A stretch of DNA of 64,000 nt from Macrostomum lignano (lineage: Eukaryota), in NCBI GenBank assembly GCA_002269645.1, contig NIVC01001666.1, positions 124,001-188,000 on the forward strand, in the 5' to 3' direction. Of this stretch, positions 48,606 through 61,940 are shown piece by piece. Within the stretch, counting starts at the first letter, position 1. Each line of letters opens with the position of its first letter. Position numbers and translations under genes: made by a program. The notes beneath the pieces are model-generated. The model ran no database searches and was not told where the DNA came from. It saw nothing but the letters and a program-made list of their open reading frames with translations.

Positions 48606-49554
48606 AAAGCCCGTGTCAGTCATCAACCTGCTGTTGGCTACTATATTAAACTGACAATGAAAAGGTGTGCGGTGGGGCTCCTGTCACGGGCGCGCCCTCC
48701 AACTGTCTGTGCAAACATGCAGCACATTGCAGATCTCTAAGCCAGTGGCGGCATGCAAATAGAGTTCTTGGGTATTCGGGCTCCTCCATATGCGAGCCGT
48801 ACGAGCGGCGAGTGATGAGCAGTGAGTGAGGCGAAGACGGTGATGGTGTCCCTATGATATTCCGAGAAATTCACAGTATCACGTGGTTAGCAACCACTCC
48901 AGTTAGCATGATAGCTGGAGGTGTGCAGGAAACAATGAAAATTACGAGTAAATTAATTGAGACTTGAGTCTTGCAGAGAGAATCGAAACATCGGAGGGTG
49001 GCTGATCAGACAATGCTGAGAAAATCGCTGTGAAAGCTTCTCAAAACTTGCCCAGATTGATTGATTGTGTGTCCAAGGTGGCCGCTGTCCCACAGACTCT
49101 CCACACCGCTTTCATGAAGCTTCATCATAAAATATGGGGATATTTTTAGCTCCCACCAACAAGCCGCGGCAAATTTCGATGGTGGGAATATCGACAGCTC
49201 CTCGTCAAACAAAATCCCAGCCGGTAGGGAAATCTGTTGACATTGTTTCAGAAATTTTGTTGCAGGCTTACGGTGCCCCCGATTCACACCTCCCCGCCAT
49301 CACTGCGTGCTCACCAGTGGGAGAGCCGTATTGACACTGCGTTCAAGTTTAATCAAATGAAAACAATAGGCCAATTCCACTCGCTAATTCTGTCTGTCGG
49401 GCACGGGTTAGGGAACTGCGACAAATTTTGGCGACAGCAACTTTTTTTTAGAATTTCATACTCAATAAAAATCGGCTATTTTTCTTTTGAGGAATTCTCT
49501 CACGGGTTTGCCTCACAATGCCACCCAAACTGCTTTGGTTATCGCACACCTGAA

Positions 49555-49745
49555 CCATCCTGTCCTTTCCGCCCCTGTCCTCCGCCCCATCCTGTCCTTT
49601 CCGTTCCTGTCCTCAGCCCATCCTGTCCTCAGCCCCATCCTGTCCTTTCCGTTCCTGTCCTCAGCCCCATCCTGTCCTTTCCGTTCCTGTCCTCAGCCCC
49701 ATCCTGTCCTTTCCATTCCTGTCCTCAGCCCCATCCTGTCTTTTC
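49555..49745. repeat. CCTGTCCT-core repeat, an inverted relative of the 34.6-kb array
   Basis: Reverse complement contains AGGACAGGGGCGGA. Confidence 0.7.
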
Positions 49746-50236
49746 CGCCCTACCCTCTTCTGTAGGACAGCTGGACTCTGTAGTTCACCGAGCGGCATCA
49801 CGCATCACTGCGAGACTCAGTGAACAGCCGTGGGCCTCGCTATCCCAGATCATTGCAAACCTGTTCTCTAACCTGAACTTGTTAGAATCGCAATACGAAG
49901 TTTAAAAAAAATACAACCGCAGATCCTCACCTTATCGCACTTGCGCACTTGGCTAAGTCAAGGTAGTGCAGTGTCTGCCTGCATGCATTTGGCTGCGCAG
50001 ATTTTCGACATTTTCACAGAGATTTGGACATCTTCGGGCTGAAAGAAACTCGGCGGTACTTGACCGACGAGATGTCCGCCGCCAAGCAGCGGAGCAAATT
50101 TTCTATAGATTTAATGTGACTCAGACTACTTCTGTACTAGATCGCCTACTACCAGTAGGCGTTAAGTGTTTTTTCTTTAAGATTTTAGTTTTCACAAAAT
50201 ACAAAACTACAAAATATTTTAGAAGCTGCAAATCAT

Positions 50237-50481
50237 CGTGAGCGTGTGTCTGAGTGCAGTATTGGCGCGCTTGCATGTGCTCACCGTGAGCGTGTGTCTG
50301 AGTGCAGTATTGGCGCGCTTGCATGTGCTCACCGTGAGCGTGTGTCTGAGTGCAGTATTGGCAAGCGCTTGCATGTGCTCACCGTGAGCGTGTGTCTGAG
50401 TGCAGTATTGGCAAGCGCTTGCATGTGCTCACCGTGAGCGTGTGTCTGAGTGCAGTATTGGCGCGCTTGCATGTGCTCACC
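50237..50481. repeat. 48/50-bp tandem repeat, 5 copies
   Basis: Unit starts at 50237, 50285, 50333, 50383, 50433. Confidence 0.9.
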
Positions 50482-50574
50482 GAACTGCCTCGGCGCTGAT
50501 TGTGGGACAGGTGTCGCCGAAGGGGTTGCACCAGGGTGCACGCAACCGTCTTGTAATTGTTATTATTATTACCT

Positions 50575-51720
50575 CAGTTTAGTTGTGTCTCGGTTTCAGT
50601 TGTGTCTCAGTTTGTTGTGTGTCTGTTTCAGTTGTGTCTCAGTTTGTTGTGTGTCTGTTTCAGTTGTGCCTCAGTTGTCAGTTGTGTCTCAGTTGTCAGT
50701 TGTGTGTCTGTTTCAGTTGTGTCTCAGTTGTCAGTTGTGTCTCAGCTGTCAGTTGTGTCTCAGTTGTCAGTTGTGTCTCAGTTGTCAATTGTGTCTCAGT
50801 TGTCAGTTGTGTCTCAGTTGTCAGTTGTGTCTCAGTTGTCAGTTGTGTCAGTTGTCAGATGTGTCTCAGTTGTCAGATGTGTCTCAGTTGTCAGTTGTGT
50901 CTCAGTTGTCAGTTGTGTCTCAGTTGTCAGTTGTGTCTCAGCTGTCAGTTGTGTTTCAGTTGTCAGTTGTGTCTCAGCTGTCAGTTGTGTCTCAGTTGTC
51001 AGTTGTGTCAGTTGTCAGCTGTGTGTCAGTTGTCAGCTGTGTCTCAGTTGTCAGTTGTGTCAGTTGTCAGATGTGTCTCAGTTGTCAGTTGTGTCTCAGT
51101 TGTCAGATGTGTCTCAGCTGTCAGTTGTGTCAGTTGTCAGATGTGTCTCAGTTGTCAGATGTGTCTCAGTTGTCATTTGTGTCTCAGTTGTCAGTTGTGT
51201 CTCAGCTGTCAGTTGTGTTTCAGTTGTCAGTTGTGTCTCAGCTGTCAGTTGTGTCTCAGTTGTCAGTTGTGTCAGTTGTCAGTTGTGTCTCAGCTGTCAG
51301 CTGTGTCTCAGTTGTCAGTTGTGTCTCAGCTGTCAGTTGTGTCTCAGCTGTCAGTTGTGTCTCAGTTGTCAGTTGTGTCTCAGCTGTCAGTTGTGTCTCA
51401 GCTGTCAGTTGTGTCTCAGTTGTCAGTTGTGTTTCAGTTGTCAGTTGTGTCTCAGCTGTCAGTTGTGTCTCAGTTGTCAGTTGTGTTTCAGTTGTCAGTT
51501 GTGTCTCAGCTGTCAGTTGTGTCTCAGCTGTCAGTTGTGTTTCAGTTGTCAGCTGTGTCTCAGTTGTCAGCTGTGTCTCAGTTGTCAGTTGTGTCTCAGT
51601 TGTCAGTTGTGTCAGTTGTCAGTTGTGTCAGCTGTCAGTTGTGTCTCAGCTGTCAGCTGTGTCTCAGTTGTCAGTTGTGTCTCAGTTGTCAGTTGTGTGT
51701 CAGTTTTCAGTTGTGTCAGT
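50575..51720. repeat. 18-bp minisatellite (CAGTTGTCAGTTGTGTCT)
   Basis: Direct. Confidence 0.95.
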
Positions 51721-52745
51721 TTCCAAATTAACCAATAAAGATAGCTTTGAATAGAAGAAGGAACATTGGATTCGAATGAATGTCTGAATAAGTTGATAGG
51801 AATTATTAGAATATTATGATTGAAACACGGGACAGACGCATGCAGGTCGGGCATGCCTTCAACAGCTGAATTATATTTTAGTTATCAGCCAACAAAAATA
51901 TTTATACGCCAGGACAACAGACAACAAACAAGATCTGAGTGCTTCATATAAATTTAATAAGAATTGAGGAATCATGAAAATTAGATTGACAACAAAGATT
52001 AGGAAAAGAAATGAAAATAAGGACACAAAGAACTTCAGACAGACTGCGGAGAGCTACTTTTGGGAACCAGCGATGGCAATAGTTAAGTTAGTTTTGCATT
52101 AACACTGCCGTACAGACATTGGATTTAAATTAATAAAATATTATAAATTGCTTGGTTACAACTTCAAGTCTTAGTCCGACCAGTGAAAGTACAAAGGCAA
52201 TACGTAGAAATGTATCTAATCTATATACATATGTATATACGGCCTGGCACTACAGTACAGAAAAAACACAAGTAAGAAATTTACCTACAAAATTGTAAAT
52301 ACAACTAGCTTATAATAGGCAAAATGCATTATATCTGCTAATAAAGACCTATCCCCTTCCTAGGGTACAAATTAAAAAATACAGTGTCTGAGTTACATAT
52401 ACAGTCCTACTGTAAGTAGTATACTATGATAGATGTATGTACATCTGCGCTAATCTGGTTGTACATTTGTAACAAAAAACGATTAAAAGTTTGAATCAGG
52501 AAGTACATTAAACAGCCCTGGGAGGTAATACTTTCTAATTTCAACTAATCATTAAAAACATTACACAAAGAAAAAGTTTTTTTTCTGTCAGACAGGAATA
52601 ATAGAGATTAAAATACAAATAGTCCTACTGAAACGAGTAGCATTGAGTCGGCTAAGGCGCAGCATTGTTTAAAACTAATAAATCAAATTTAGAGCTGCAG
52701 GCAGTGACAGTCGAGGGGCCGCGGTCTGTGACTACAATTTGCAAC

Positions 52746-54565
52746 TCTGGATAGTTGGCGCCACTATCCAGACCCAGTTGTGGCGCCACTATCCAGACCC
52801 CAGTTGTAGCGCCACTATCCAGACCCCAGTTGTAGCGCCACTATCCAGACCCAGTTGTGGCGCCACTATCCAGACCCAGTTGTAGCGCCACTATCCAGAC
52901 CCCAGTTGTGGCGCCACTATCCAGATCGCAGTTGTAGCGCCACTATCCAGACCCCAGTTGTAGCGCCACTATCCAGACCCCAGTTGTAGCGCCACTATCC
53001 AGACCCAGTTGTGGCGCCACTATCCAGACCCCAGTTGTAGCGCCACTATCCAGACCCCAGTTGTAGCGCCACTATCCAGAACCCAGTTGTGGCGCCACTA
53101 TCCAGATCGCAGTTGTAGCGCCACTATCCAGATCGCAGTTGTAGCGCCACTATCCAAACCAAGTTGTGGCGCCACTATCCAAACCAAGTTGTGGCGCCAC
53201 TATCCAGACCCCAGTTGTGGCGCCACTATCCAGACCCCAGTTGTGGCGCCACTATTCAGACCCCAGTTGTGGCGCCACTATCCAGACCCCAGTTGTGGCG
53301 CCACTATCCAGACCCCAGTTGTGGCGCCACTATCCAGACCCCAGTTGTGGCGCCACTATCCAGACCCCAGTTGTGGCGCCACTATCCAGACCCCAGTTGT
53401 AGCGCCACTATCCAGATCGCAGTTGTGGCGCCACTATCCAGACCCCAGTTGTGGCGCCACTATCCAGACCCCAGTTGTAGCGCCACTATCCAGACCCCAG
53501 TTGTGGCGCCACTATCCAGACCCCAGTTGTGGCGCCACTATCCAGACCCCAGTTGTGGCGCCACTATCCAGACCCCAGTTGTGGCGCCACTATCCAGACC
53601 CCAGTTGTGGCGCCACTATCCAGACCCCAGTTGTGGCGCCACTATCCAGACCCCAGTTGTAGCGCCACTATCCAGACCCCAGTTGTAGCGCCACTATCCA
53701 GATCGCAGTTGTGGCGCCACTATCCAGACCACAGTTGTGGCGCCACTATCCAGACCCCAGTTGTGGCGCCACTATCCAGACCCCAGTTGTAGCGCCACTA
53801 TCCAGATCGCAGTTGTGGCGCCACTATCCAGACCCCAGTTGTGGCGCCACTATCCAGACCCCAGTTGTAGCGCCACTATCCAGACCCCAGTTGTGGCGCC
53901 ACTATCCAGACCCCAGTTGTGGCGCCACTATCCAGACCCAGTTGTGGCGCCACTATCCAGACCCCAGTTGTAGCGCCACTATCCAGACCCCAGTTGTGGC
54001 GCCACTATCCAGATCGCAGTTGTGGCGCCACTATCCAAACCAAGTTGTGGCGCCACTATCCAGACCCCAGTTGTGGCGCCACTATCCAGACCCCAGTTGT
54101 GGCGCCACTATCCAGACCCCAGTTGTGGCGCCACTATCCAGACCCCAGTTGTGGCGCCACTATCCAGACCCCAGTTGTGGCGCCACTATCCAGACCCCAG
54201 TTGTGGCGCCACTATCCAGACCCCAGTTGTAGCGCCACTATCCAGACCCCAGTTGTAGCGCCACTATCCAGATCGCAGTTGTGGCGCCACTATCCAGACC
54301 CCAGTTGTGGCGCCACTATCCAGACCCCAGTTGTAGCGCCACTATCCAGAACCCAGTTGTGGCGCCACTATCCAGACCCCAGTTGTGGCGCCACTATCCA
54401 GACCCCAGTTGTGGCGCCACTATCCAGACCCCAGTTGTGGCGCCACTATCCAGACCCCAGTTGTGGCGCCACTATCCAGACCCCAGTTGTGGCGCCACTA
54501 TTCAGACCAAAGTTGTGGCGCCACTATCCAGACCCCAGTTGTGGCGCCATTATCCAGACCCCAGC
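52746..54565. repeat. 25/26-bp minisatellite, ~70 copies, with a palindromic GTGGCGCCAC core
   Basis: Unit CAGTTGTGGCGCCACTATCCAGACCC. Confidence 0.95.
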
Positions 54566-54989
54566 TTAGCTCCTGGACTGTCACAAGCACACAAACGATG
54601 GGAAAACTTAGAATACATACGTAGATCAATAATTATCATATGCTAATACTTACGGACACTGGGATTGATAGCAATAATAATAAATAATCCTATTGAATTT
54701 GCAATACGGTGCAAAGTTGGAGAACAAGGCTCTGAAGTACGTGGCAGATATCTAAAGCTCGGGAAGTATTTAGTAAAAATTGTATTGCTAGCGGCCACAA
54801 GCCTATTTTAGATGCGTTCCTAAAATGAGCAAGTGAATAAAATAAAAATGAAAAGCACACTAAAATGCGCGAACACGATAGTAAAACCGAGGAACTAGCG
54901 GATGAGAGGGAAAAGCCAAATCAGTTAGCGGTTAGGTTTACAAAAATACTATTCTAGTGCGCGGTTCCACTTGCCGGTTTGTGCCTAGG

Positions 54990-56045
54990 GAGAGCGAGAG
55001 GGAGAGGGAAGAGGAGAGGTGAGAGGGAGAGGGAGAGGGGAGTGAGGGAAGGGGAGAGGGGAGAGAAGGATGGGGAGGGAAGATAAGGATGGGGAGGGGA
55101 GAGAAGGATGGGGAGGGAGAAGGATGGGGAGGGGAGAGAAGGATGGGGAGGGAGAGAAGGATGGGGAGGGAGAAGGATGGGGAGGGGAGAGAAGGATGGG
55201 GAGGGGAGAGAAGGATGGGGAGGGAGAGAAGGATGGGGAGGGGAGAGAAGGATGGGAGGGGAGAGAAGGATGGGGAGGGAGAGAAGGATGGGGAGGGGAG
55301 AGAAGGATGGGGAGGGAGAGAAGGATGGGGTGGGGAGAGAAGGATGGGGAGGGAGAGAAGGATGGGGAGGGGAGAGAAGGATGGGGAGGGAGAGAAGGAT
55401 GGGGTGGGGAGAGAAGGGGGAGGGGAGAGAAGGATGGGGAGGGGAGAGAAGGATGGGGAGGGGAGAGAAGGATGGGGAGGGAGAGAAGGATGGAGAGGGG
55501 AGAGAAGGGGGGAGGGGAGAGAAGGATGGGGAGGGAGAGAAGGATGGAGAGGGGAGAGAAGGGGGGAGGGGAGAGAAGGATGGGGAGGGGAGAGAAGGGA
55601 GGAGAGGAGAGAAGGATGGAGAGGGGAGAGAAGGGGGGAGGGGAGAGAAGGATGGGGAGGGAGAGAAGGATGGGGAGGGAGAGAAGGATGGAGAGGGGAG
55701 AGAAGGGGGAGGGGAGAGAAGGATGGGGAGGGAGAGAAGGGAGGAGGGGAGAGAAGGATGGAGAGGGGAGAGAAGGGGGAGGGGAGAGAAGGATGGGGAG
55801 GGGAGAGAAGGGGGAGGGGAGAGAAGGATGGAGAGGGGAGAGAAGGGGGGAGGGGAGAGAAGGATGGGGAGGGAGAGAAGGATGGAGAGGGGAGAGAAGG
55901 GGGGAGGGAGACAAGGATGGGGAGGGAGAGAAGGATGGGGAGGGAGAGAAGGATGGGGAGGGAGAGAAAGATGGGGAGGGAGAGAAGGATGGGGAGGGGA
56001 GAGAGAGGGGAGGATGGGGAGGGAGAGAAGGATGGGGAGGGAAGA
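54990..56045. repeat. Polypurine ~18-19-bp repeat (GGATGGGGAGGGAGAGAA)
   Basis: Direct. Confidence 0.9.
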
Positions 56046-56935
56046 GGTATGAGAGGTAGCTGAGGGCAGCTACAGCGGTGAGTCAGCGGCAGTGAAGCTG
56101 CACACACACAAACACACACGGTGGCAAACATGTACGGGGCAGGCAATGAGAACATTGGGATGGACAGACTGAGCAGTGATTGGCCTACAATAGCTTAGAA
56201 TGTGAACAGTACAAGCGGTACACTGGGCAGAAAAGTCTCTGTGTAAAAAACATAAATTAAGCTAGCATACAGAAAATACCATTATTAACATATCGTATTC
56301 AATGCACATACATGTACGCTAAAATCAAATACAAAAAGAGACTGGCAAACTGATGCGGATTACAAAGATAAAAGTTGAATACATCCTATTCTATAGTACT
56401 GTACAGTAGTAGTCCATAGAGTATGTAAAACAGAATATTTAGAAAGCACTGAGAATTGAAGCGATCCCTACATAAGGAGAAAATAAAATGGCAGTACATA
56501 CTCTTACTAACATAAGTGTGTAGAAATGCCCTAGAGATATGGTGCAGATACGAAATAGGGTTAGTAACAGCCGCCCACGCAAGGGGAAACAGATTTCGAA
56601 TTCTCCCAAGAGACAGGACATCCGAAATGGGAGCAAAAGAGATAATGAGGGGACAACACGCACACAGTAGTAATGATAAGTAGTATTTAGCGGGCAGATA
56701 ACAGGCAGAATGCATGCGATTTTACACAGAACAAAGGACATTAGAGATATTAATATTCATCTGGATTAATACGGGGTGCGAAAATCAAAATTAACAACAG
56801 TCCAAAAGCCTGGAAAAAACATTGAGGAACATGCACGGAGTACAGTCCACATTTAGTCAGCTAAAGATGCTTGCAGCGTTCATTGCGGTGTCTTGCAGTG
56901 CACGGCTGTCCTGTGCAAAATGGGAGGTTTGATGC

Positions 56936-57995
56936 AATCCATTCTATTCCTTCATCAGTGATGTTGGCTAGATTAGCAATCCATTCTATTCCTTCATCAG
57001 TGATGTTGGCTAGATTAGCAATCCATTCTATTCCTTCATCAGTGATGTTGACTAGATTAGCAATCCATTCTATTCCTTCATCAGTGATGTTGGCTAGATT
57101 AGCAATCCATTCTATTCCTTTATCAGTGATGCTGGCTAGATTAGCAATCCATTCTATTTCTTCATCAGTGATGTTGGCTAGATTAGCAATCCATTCTATT
57201 CCTTCATCAGTGATGTTGGCTAGATTAGCAATCCATTCTATTCCTTCATCAGTGATATTGGCTAGATTAGCAATCCATTCTATTCCTTCATTAGTGATGT
57301 TGGCTAGATTAGCAATCCATTCTATTCCTTCATCAGTGATGCTGGCTAGATTAGCAATCCATTCTATTTCTTCATCAGTGATGTTGGCTAGATTAGCAAT
57401 CCATTCTATTTCTTCATCAGTGATGTTGGCTAGATTAGCAATCCATTCTATTCCTTCATCAGTGATGTTGGCTAGATTAGCGATCCATTCTATTCCTTAA
57501 TCAGTGATGCTGGCTAGATTAGCAATCCATTTTATGCTTTCATAAGTGACGTTGGCTAGATTAGCAATCCATTCTATTCCTTCATCAGTGATGTTGGCTA
57601 GATTAGCAATCCATTCTATTCCTTCAACAGTGATGTTGGCTAGACTAGCAATCCATTCTATTCCTTCATCAGTGATGCTGGCTAGATTAGCAATCCATTC
57701 TATTACTTCATCAGTGATGCTGGCTAGATTAGCAATCCATTCTATTCCTTCAACAGTGATGTTGGCTAGACTAGCAATCCTTTCTATTCCTTCATTAGTG
57801 ACGTTGGCTGGATTAGCAATCCATTCTATTCCTTCAACTATGATGTTGGCTAGATTAGCAATCCATTCTATTCCTTCAACTATGATGTTGGCTAGATTAG
57901 CAATCCATTCATTCCTTCAACAGTGATGCTGGCTGGATTAGCAATCCATTCTATTCTTTCATCAGTGATGCTGGCTAGATTAGCAATCCATTCTG
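56936..57995. repeat. 42-bp satellite filling the putative TNPO 3'-UTR intron (56911-58006)
   Basis: About 25 units between donor ATG/GTGAGT (58006) and acceptor ttttgcacag (56911). Confidence 0.9.
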
Positions 57996-58013
57996 TTCTC
58001 ACTCACCATGAGT

Positions 58014-58121
58014 TCACAGTCCATACTGAGCGTGAAGTCGCTCTTTAAGCAGCGGGGGACACTGGGCCCAGAACTTGGCCCAGTTCTCCGGTCCGACATT
58101 CTCCTTGACGGCAAATATTAT
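58014..58121 (-). CDS. TNPO1: Transportin last coding exon
   Basis: IIFAVKENVGPENWAKFWAQCPPLLKERLHAQYGL* resembles the transportin-1 C-terminus (ILHGFKNQVGDENW...LKERLAAFYGV); phase-0 acceptor ccctccag. Confidence 0.9.
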   Translation of the reverse strand: MIFAVKENVGPENWAKFWAQCPPLLKERLHAQYGL

Positions 58122-58159
58122 CTGGAGGGAAATTCACGATTTGCGGGATCCTCAATAAG

Positions 58160-58580
58160 AATTTGAATGAGGATTCTCAATGGCGATTTGAATGAGGATT
58201 CTTAATGGGGATCTGAATGAGGATTATCAATGGGGATCTGAATGAGGATTCTCAATGGGGATCTGAATGTGGATTCTCAATGGGGATCTGAATGAGGATT
58301 CTCAATGGGGATCTGAATGAGGATTCTCAATGGGGATTCTCAATGGGGATTTGAATGAGCATTCTCAATGGGGATCTTAATGAGGATTCTCAATGGGGAT
58401 TCTCGATGGGGATTTGAATGGGATTCTCAATGGGGATCTGAATGAGGATTCTCAATGGGGATTTGAATGAGGATTCTCAATGGGGATTTGAATGAGGAAT
58501 CTCAATGGGGATTTGAATGAGGATTCTCAACGGAGATTTGAATGAGGATTCTCAACGGGGATTTGAATGAGGATTCTCAA
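58160..58580. repeat. 25-bp minisatellite (GAATGAGGATTCTCAATGGGGATCT) in a TNPO intron
   Basis: Direct. Confidence 0.9.
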
Positions 58581-58602
58581 TGGACATTACTAATCTGTTT
58601 AC

Positions 58603-58777
58603 CTTGTGAAACATCTCCTTAAGATCGGGCTGGGGCTCGCTCCAAGAGGCCACCGAGTCGCAGAAGTAGATGAATTCATTGACCACCACATCCGGCTTGA
58701 TGTTAATCAGATTGCAGATGCCTCGAAATGCGCTGTCCTTCTCCTCGTTATCGCGAATGTTGCGCAACGAGAGGCAC
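58603..58777 (-). CDS. TNPO1: Transportin exon
   Basis: [21 protein letters not shown]...[20 protein letters not shown]; splice phases consistent with neighbours. Confidence 0.95.
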
Positions 58778-58989
58778 CTGTTAATGGCGTTTGGTTAACA
58801 GAATAGAAGGCTAGACTGCGATATGAAAATCATATACAGAGTCCTTGATTTTCTCACAGAATGATATATAAACTACTGTTAATTATTTGCGTATGCTAAG
58901 ATGAAGTGAAGACGAACATATACTGGACAGCAGGCAAAATAATAATATTAGTAGTAATAATAATAATTTAATGAGACTAGATATATCTA

Positions 58990-60960
58990 TGGATCTATTC
59001 TTTCATCAGTGATGTTGGGTAGATTAGCAATCCATTCTATTCTTTCATCAGTGATGTTGGGTAGATTAGCAATCCATTCTATTCTTTCATCAGTGATGTT
59101 GGGTAGATTATCAATCCATTCTATTCTTTCATCAGTGATGTTGGCTAGATTAGCAATCCATTCTATTCCTTCATCAGTGATGCTGGCTAGATTAGCAATC
59201 CATTCTATTCCTTCATCAGTGATGTTGGCTAGATTATCAATCCATTCTATTCTTTCATCAGTGATGTTGGCTAGATTAGCAATCCATTCTATTCCTTCAT
59301 CTGTGATGCTGGCTAGATTAGCAATCCATTCTATTCCTTCATCAGTGATGTTGGCTAGATTAGCAATCCATTCTATTCCTTCATCAGTGATGTTGGCTAG
59401 ATTAGCAATCCATTCTATTCCTTCATCAGTGATGTTGGCTAGATTAGCAATCCATTCTATTCCTTCATCAGTGATGTTGGCTAGATTAACAATCCATTCT
59501 ATTCCTTCAACAGTGATGTTGGCTAGACTAGCAATCCATTCTATTCCTTCATCAGTGATTCTGGCTAAATTAGCAATCCATTCTATTCCCTCATCAGTGA
59601 TGTTGGCTAGATTAACAATCCATTCTATTCCCTCATCAGTGATGTTGGCTAGATTAACAATCCATTCTATTCCCTCATCAGTGATGTTGGCTAGATTAGC
59701 AATCAATTCTATTCCCTCATCAGTGATGTTGGCTAGATTAGCAATCCATTCTATTCTCTCATCAGTGATTCTGGCTAGATTAGCAATCCATTCTATTCCC
59801 TCATCAGTGATGTTGGCTAGATTAGCAATCCATTCTATTCCTTCATCAGTGATGCTGGCTAGATTAGCAATCCATTCTATTCCCTCATCAGTGATGCTGG
59901 CTAGATTGGCAATCCATTCTATTCATTCATCAGTGATGCTGGCTAGATTGGCAATCCATTCTATTCATTCATCAGTGATGTTGGCTAGATTAGCAATCCA
60001 TTCTATTCCTTCAACTATGATGTTGGCTAGATTAGCAATCCATTCTATTCCTTCAATATGATGTTGGCTAGATTAGCAATCCATTCTATTCATTCATCAG
60101 TGATGTTGGCTAGATTATCAATCCATTCTATCCTTCATCAGTGATGATGACTAGATTAGCAATCCATTCTATTCCTTCATCAGTGATATTGGCTAGATTA
60201 GCAATCCATTCTATCCTTCATCAGTGATATTGGCTAGATTAGCAATCCATTCTATTCCTTCAATTATGATGTTGGCTAGATTAGCAATCCATTCTATTCC
60301 TTCAATTATGATGTTGGCTAGATTAGCAATCCATTCTATTCCTCATCAGTGATGTTGGCTAGATTAGCAATCCATTCTATTCCTCATCAGTGATGTTGGC
60401 TAGATTAGCAATCCATTCTATTCCTCATCAGTGATGTGGCTAGATTAGCAATCCATTCTATTCCTTCATCAGTGATGTTGGCTAGATTAGCAATCCATTC
60501 TATTCCTTCATCAGTGATGTTGGCTAGATTAGCAATCCATTCTATTCCTTCATCAGTGATGTTGGCTAGATTAGCAATCCATTCTATTCCTTGATGTTGG
60601 CTAGATTAGCAATCCATTCTATTCCTTCAATATGATGTTGGCTAGATTAGCAATCCATTCTATTCCTTCAATATGATGTTGGCTAGATTAGCAATCCATT
60701 CTATTCATTCATCAGTGATGTTGGCTAGATTATCAATCCATTCTATTCCTTCATCAGTGATGTTGGCTAGATTAGCAATCCATTCTATTCCTTCATCAGT
60801 GATGTTGGCTAGATTAGCAATCCATTCTATTCCTTCATCAGTGATGTTGGCTAAATTAGCAATCCATTCTATTCCCTCATCAGTGATGTTGGCTAGATTA
60901 GCAATCCATTCTATTCCCTCATCAGTGATTCTGGCTAAATTAGCAATCCATTCTATTCTC
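58990..60960. repeat. 42-bp satellite (~47 units) in a TNPO intron
   Basis: Same unit as 56936-57995. Confidence 0.95.
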
Positions 60961-61073
60961 TCATGAATGTAATGCAAAAGCTTTATAAACAAAGCACAAT
61001 ATAGAAGGACACACTATTAAATATAAAACACAATGGTTGAAAGCAAAGCACAATTAAGAGAGCAATTAAGTAC

Positions 61074-61149
61074 CATTGTCTAAGAAATCTGGACATGTAG
61101 GGGGCAACTTCCATCGGACAGACGAGACCCAACCGGCCAATAGTGATCG
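61074..61149 (-). CDS. TNPO1: Transportin exon
   Basis: AITIGRLGLVCPMEVAPYMSRFLRQW; acceptor ttgtag and donor TG/GTACTT in phase. Confidence 0.95.
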
Positions 61150-61449
61150 CTACAATAGAAAATTGATGGGATAATGACAGGTATGTACATTGTATTCGTA
61201 TCATGTAAAAATAAACTGTATGTAAATTTACATTTACAATAAATAGTAGACACAAGTTTTATTAAACATACTTTACTACTAGATTAAGCAGTAGCATATC
61301 TAAATATTTCTCATGAAAAATAGTGTACAATTATAAATCAAATAACGAATGAAAAGTGCTGCTCGTAGAGAGAATTTATGTAGTTTGTGTGTAATTATAG
61401 ATTATTATATATCATATTTAAATATATAACTGAGGCAGATACATAGGTT

Positions 61450-61940
61450 TCGACGTTGCCGATATGTAGTGTAGATAACTTTACAGACAGAGAGTCAAAG
61501 AAGCGAGAAAGACGTTGCCAATATGTTGTGTAGATAAGTTTACAAACAGCGATTTGGAGTGATGGAAGTCGCCGATATGTAGTGTAGACAGCTTTACAGA
61601 TGGTTAGCGATTCGGAGTGAGAGAAAACGCCGATATGTTGTGTAGACAGCTTTACAGATGGTTAGCGATTTGGAGTGAGAGAAGTCGCCGATATGTAGTG
61701 TAGACAGCTTTACAGATGGTTAGCGATTTGGAGTGAGAGAAGTCGCCGATATGTAGTGTAGATAAATTTACAGATAGCGATTCGGAGTGAGAGAAAACGC
61801 CGATATGTAGTGTAGACAACTTTACAGATAGCGATTCGAAGTGAGAGAAAATGCCGATATGTAGTGTAGATAAGTTCACAGACAGTTAGCGACTCGAAGT
61901 GAGGGAAGACGCCGATATGTTGTGTATATAAGTTGACAGA
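61450..61940. repeat. 54-59-bp tandem repeat, ~9 copies, in a TNPO intron
   Basis: GCCGATATGTAGTGTAGA recurs at 61571, 61629, 61687, 61745, 61799 and onward. Confidence 0.85.

Noticed and set aside
58987-59706. The 42-bp unit translates as NLANITDEGIEWIA, reminiscent of the ITDxGL motif of cysteine-containing LRRs
   Set aside because: The unit is 14 aa rather than ~26, lacks the LxxLxL strand, lies in introns defined by well-phased TNPO exons, and other copies carry frameshifts; likely coincidence
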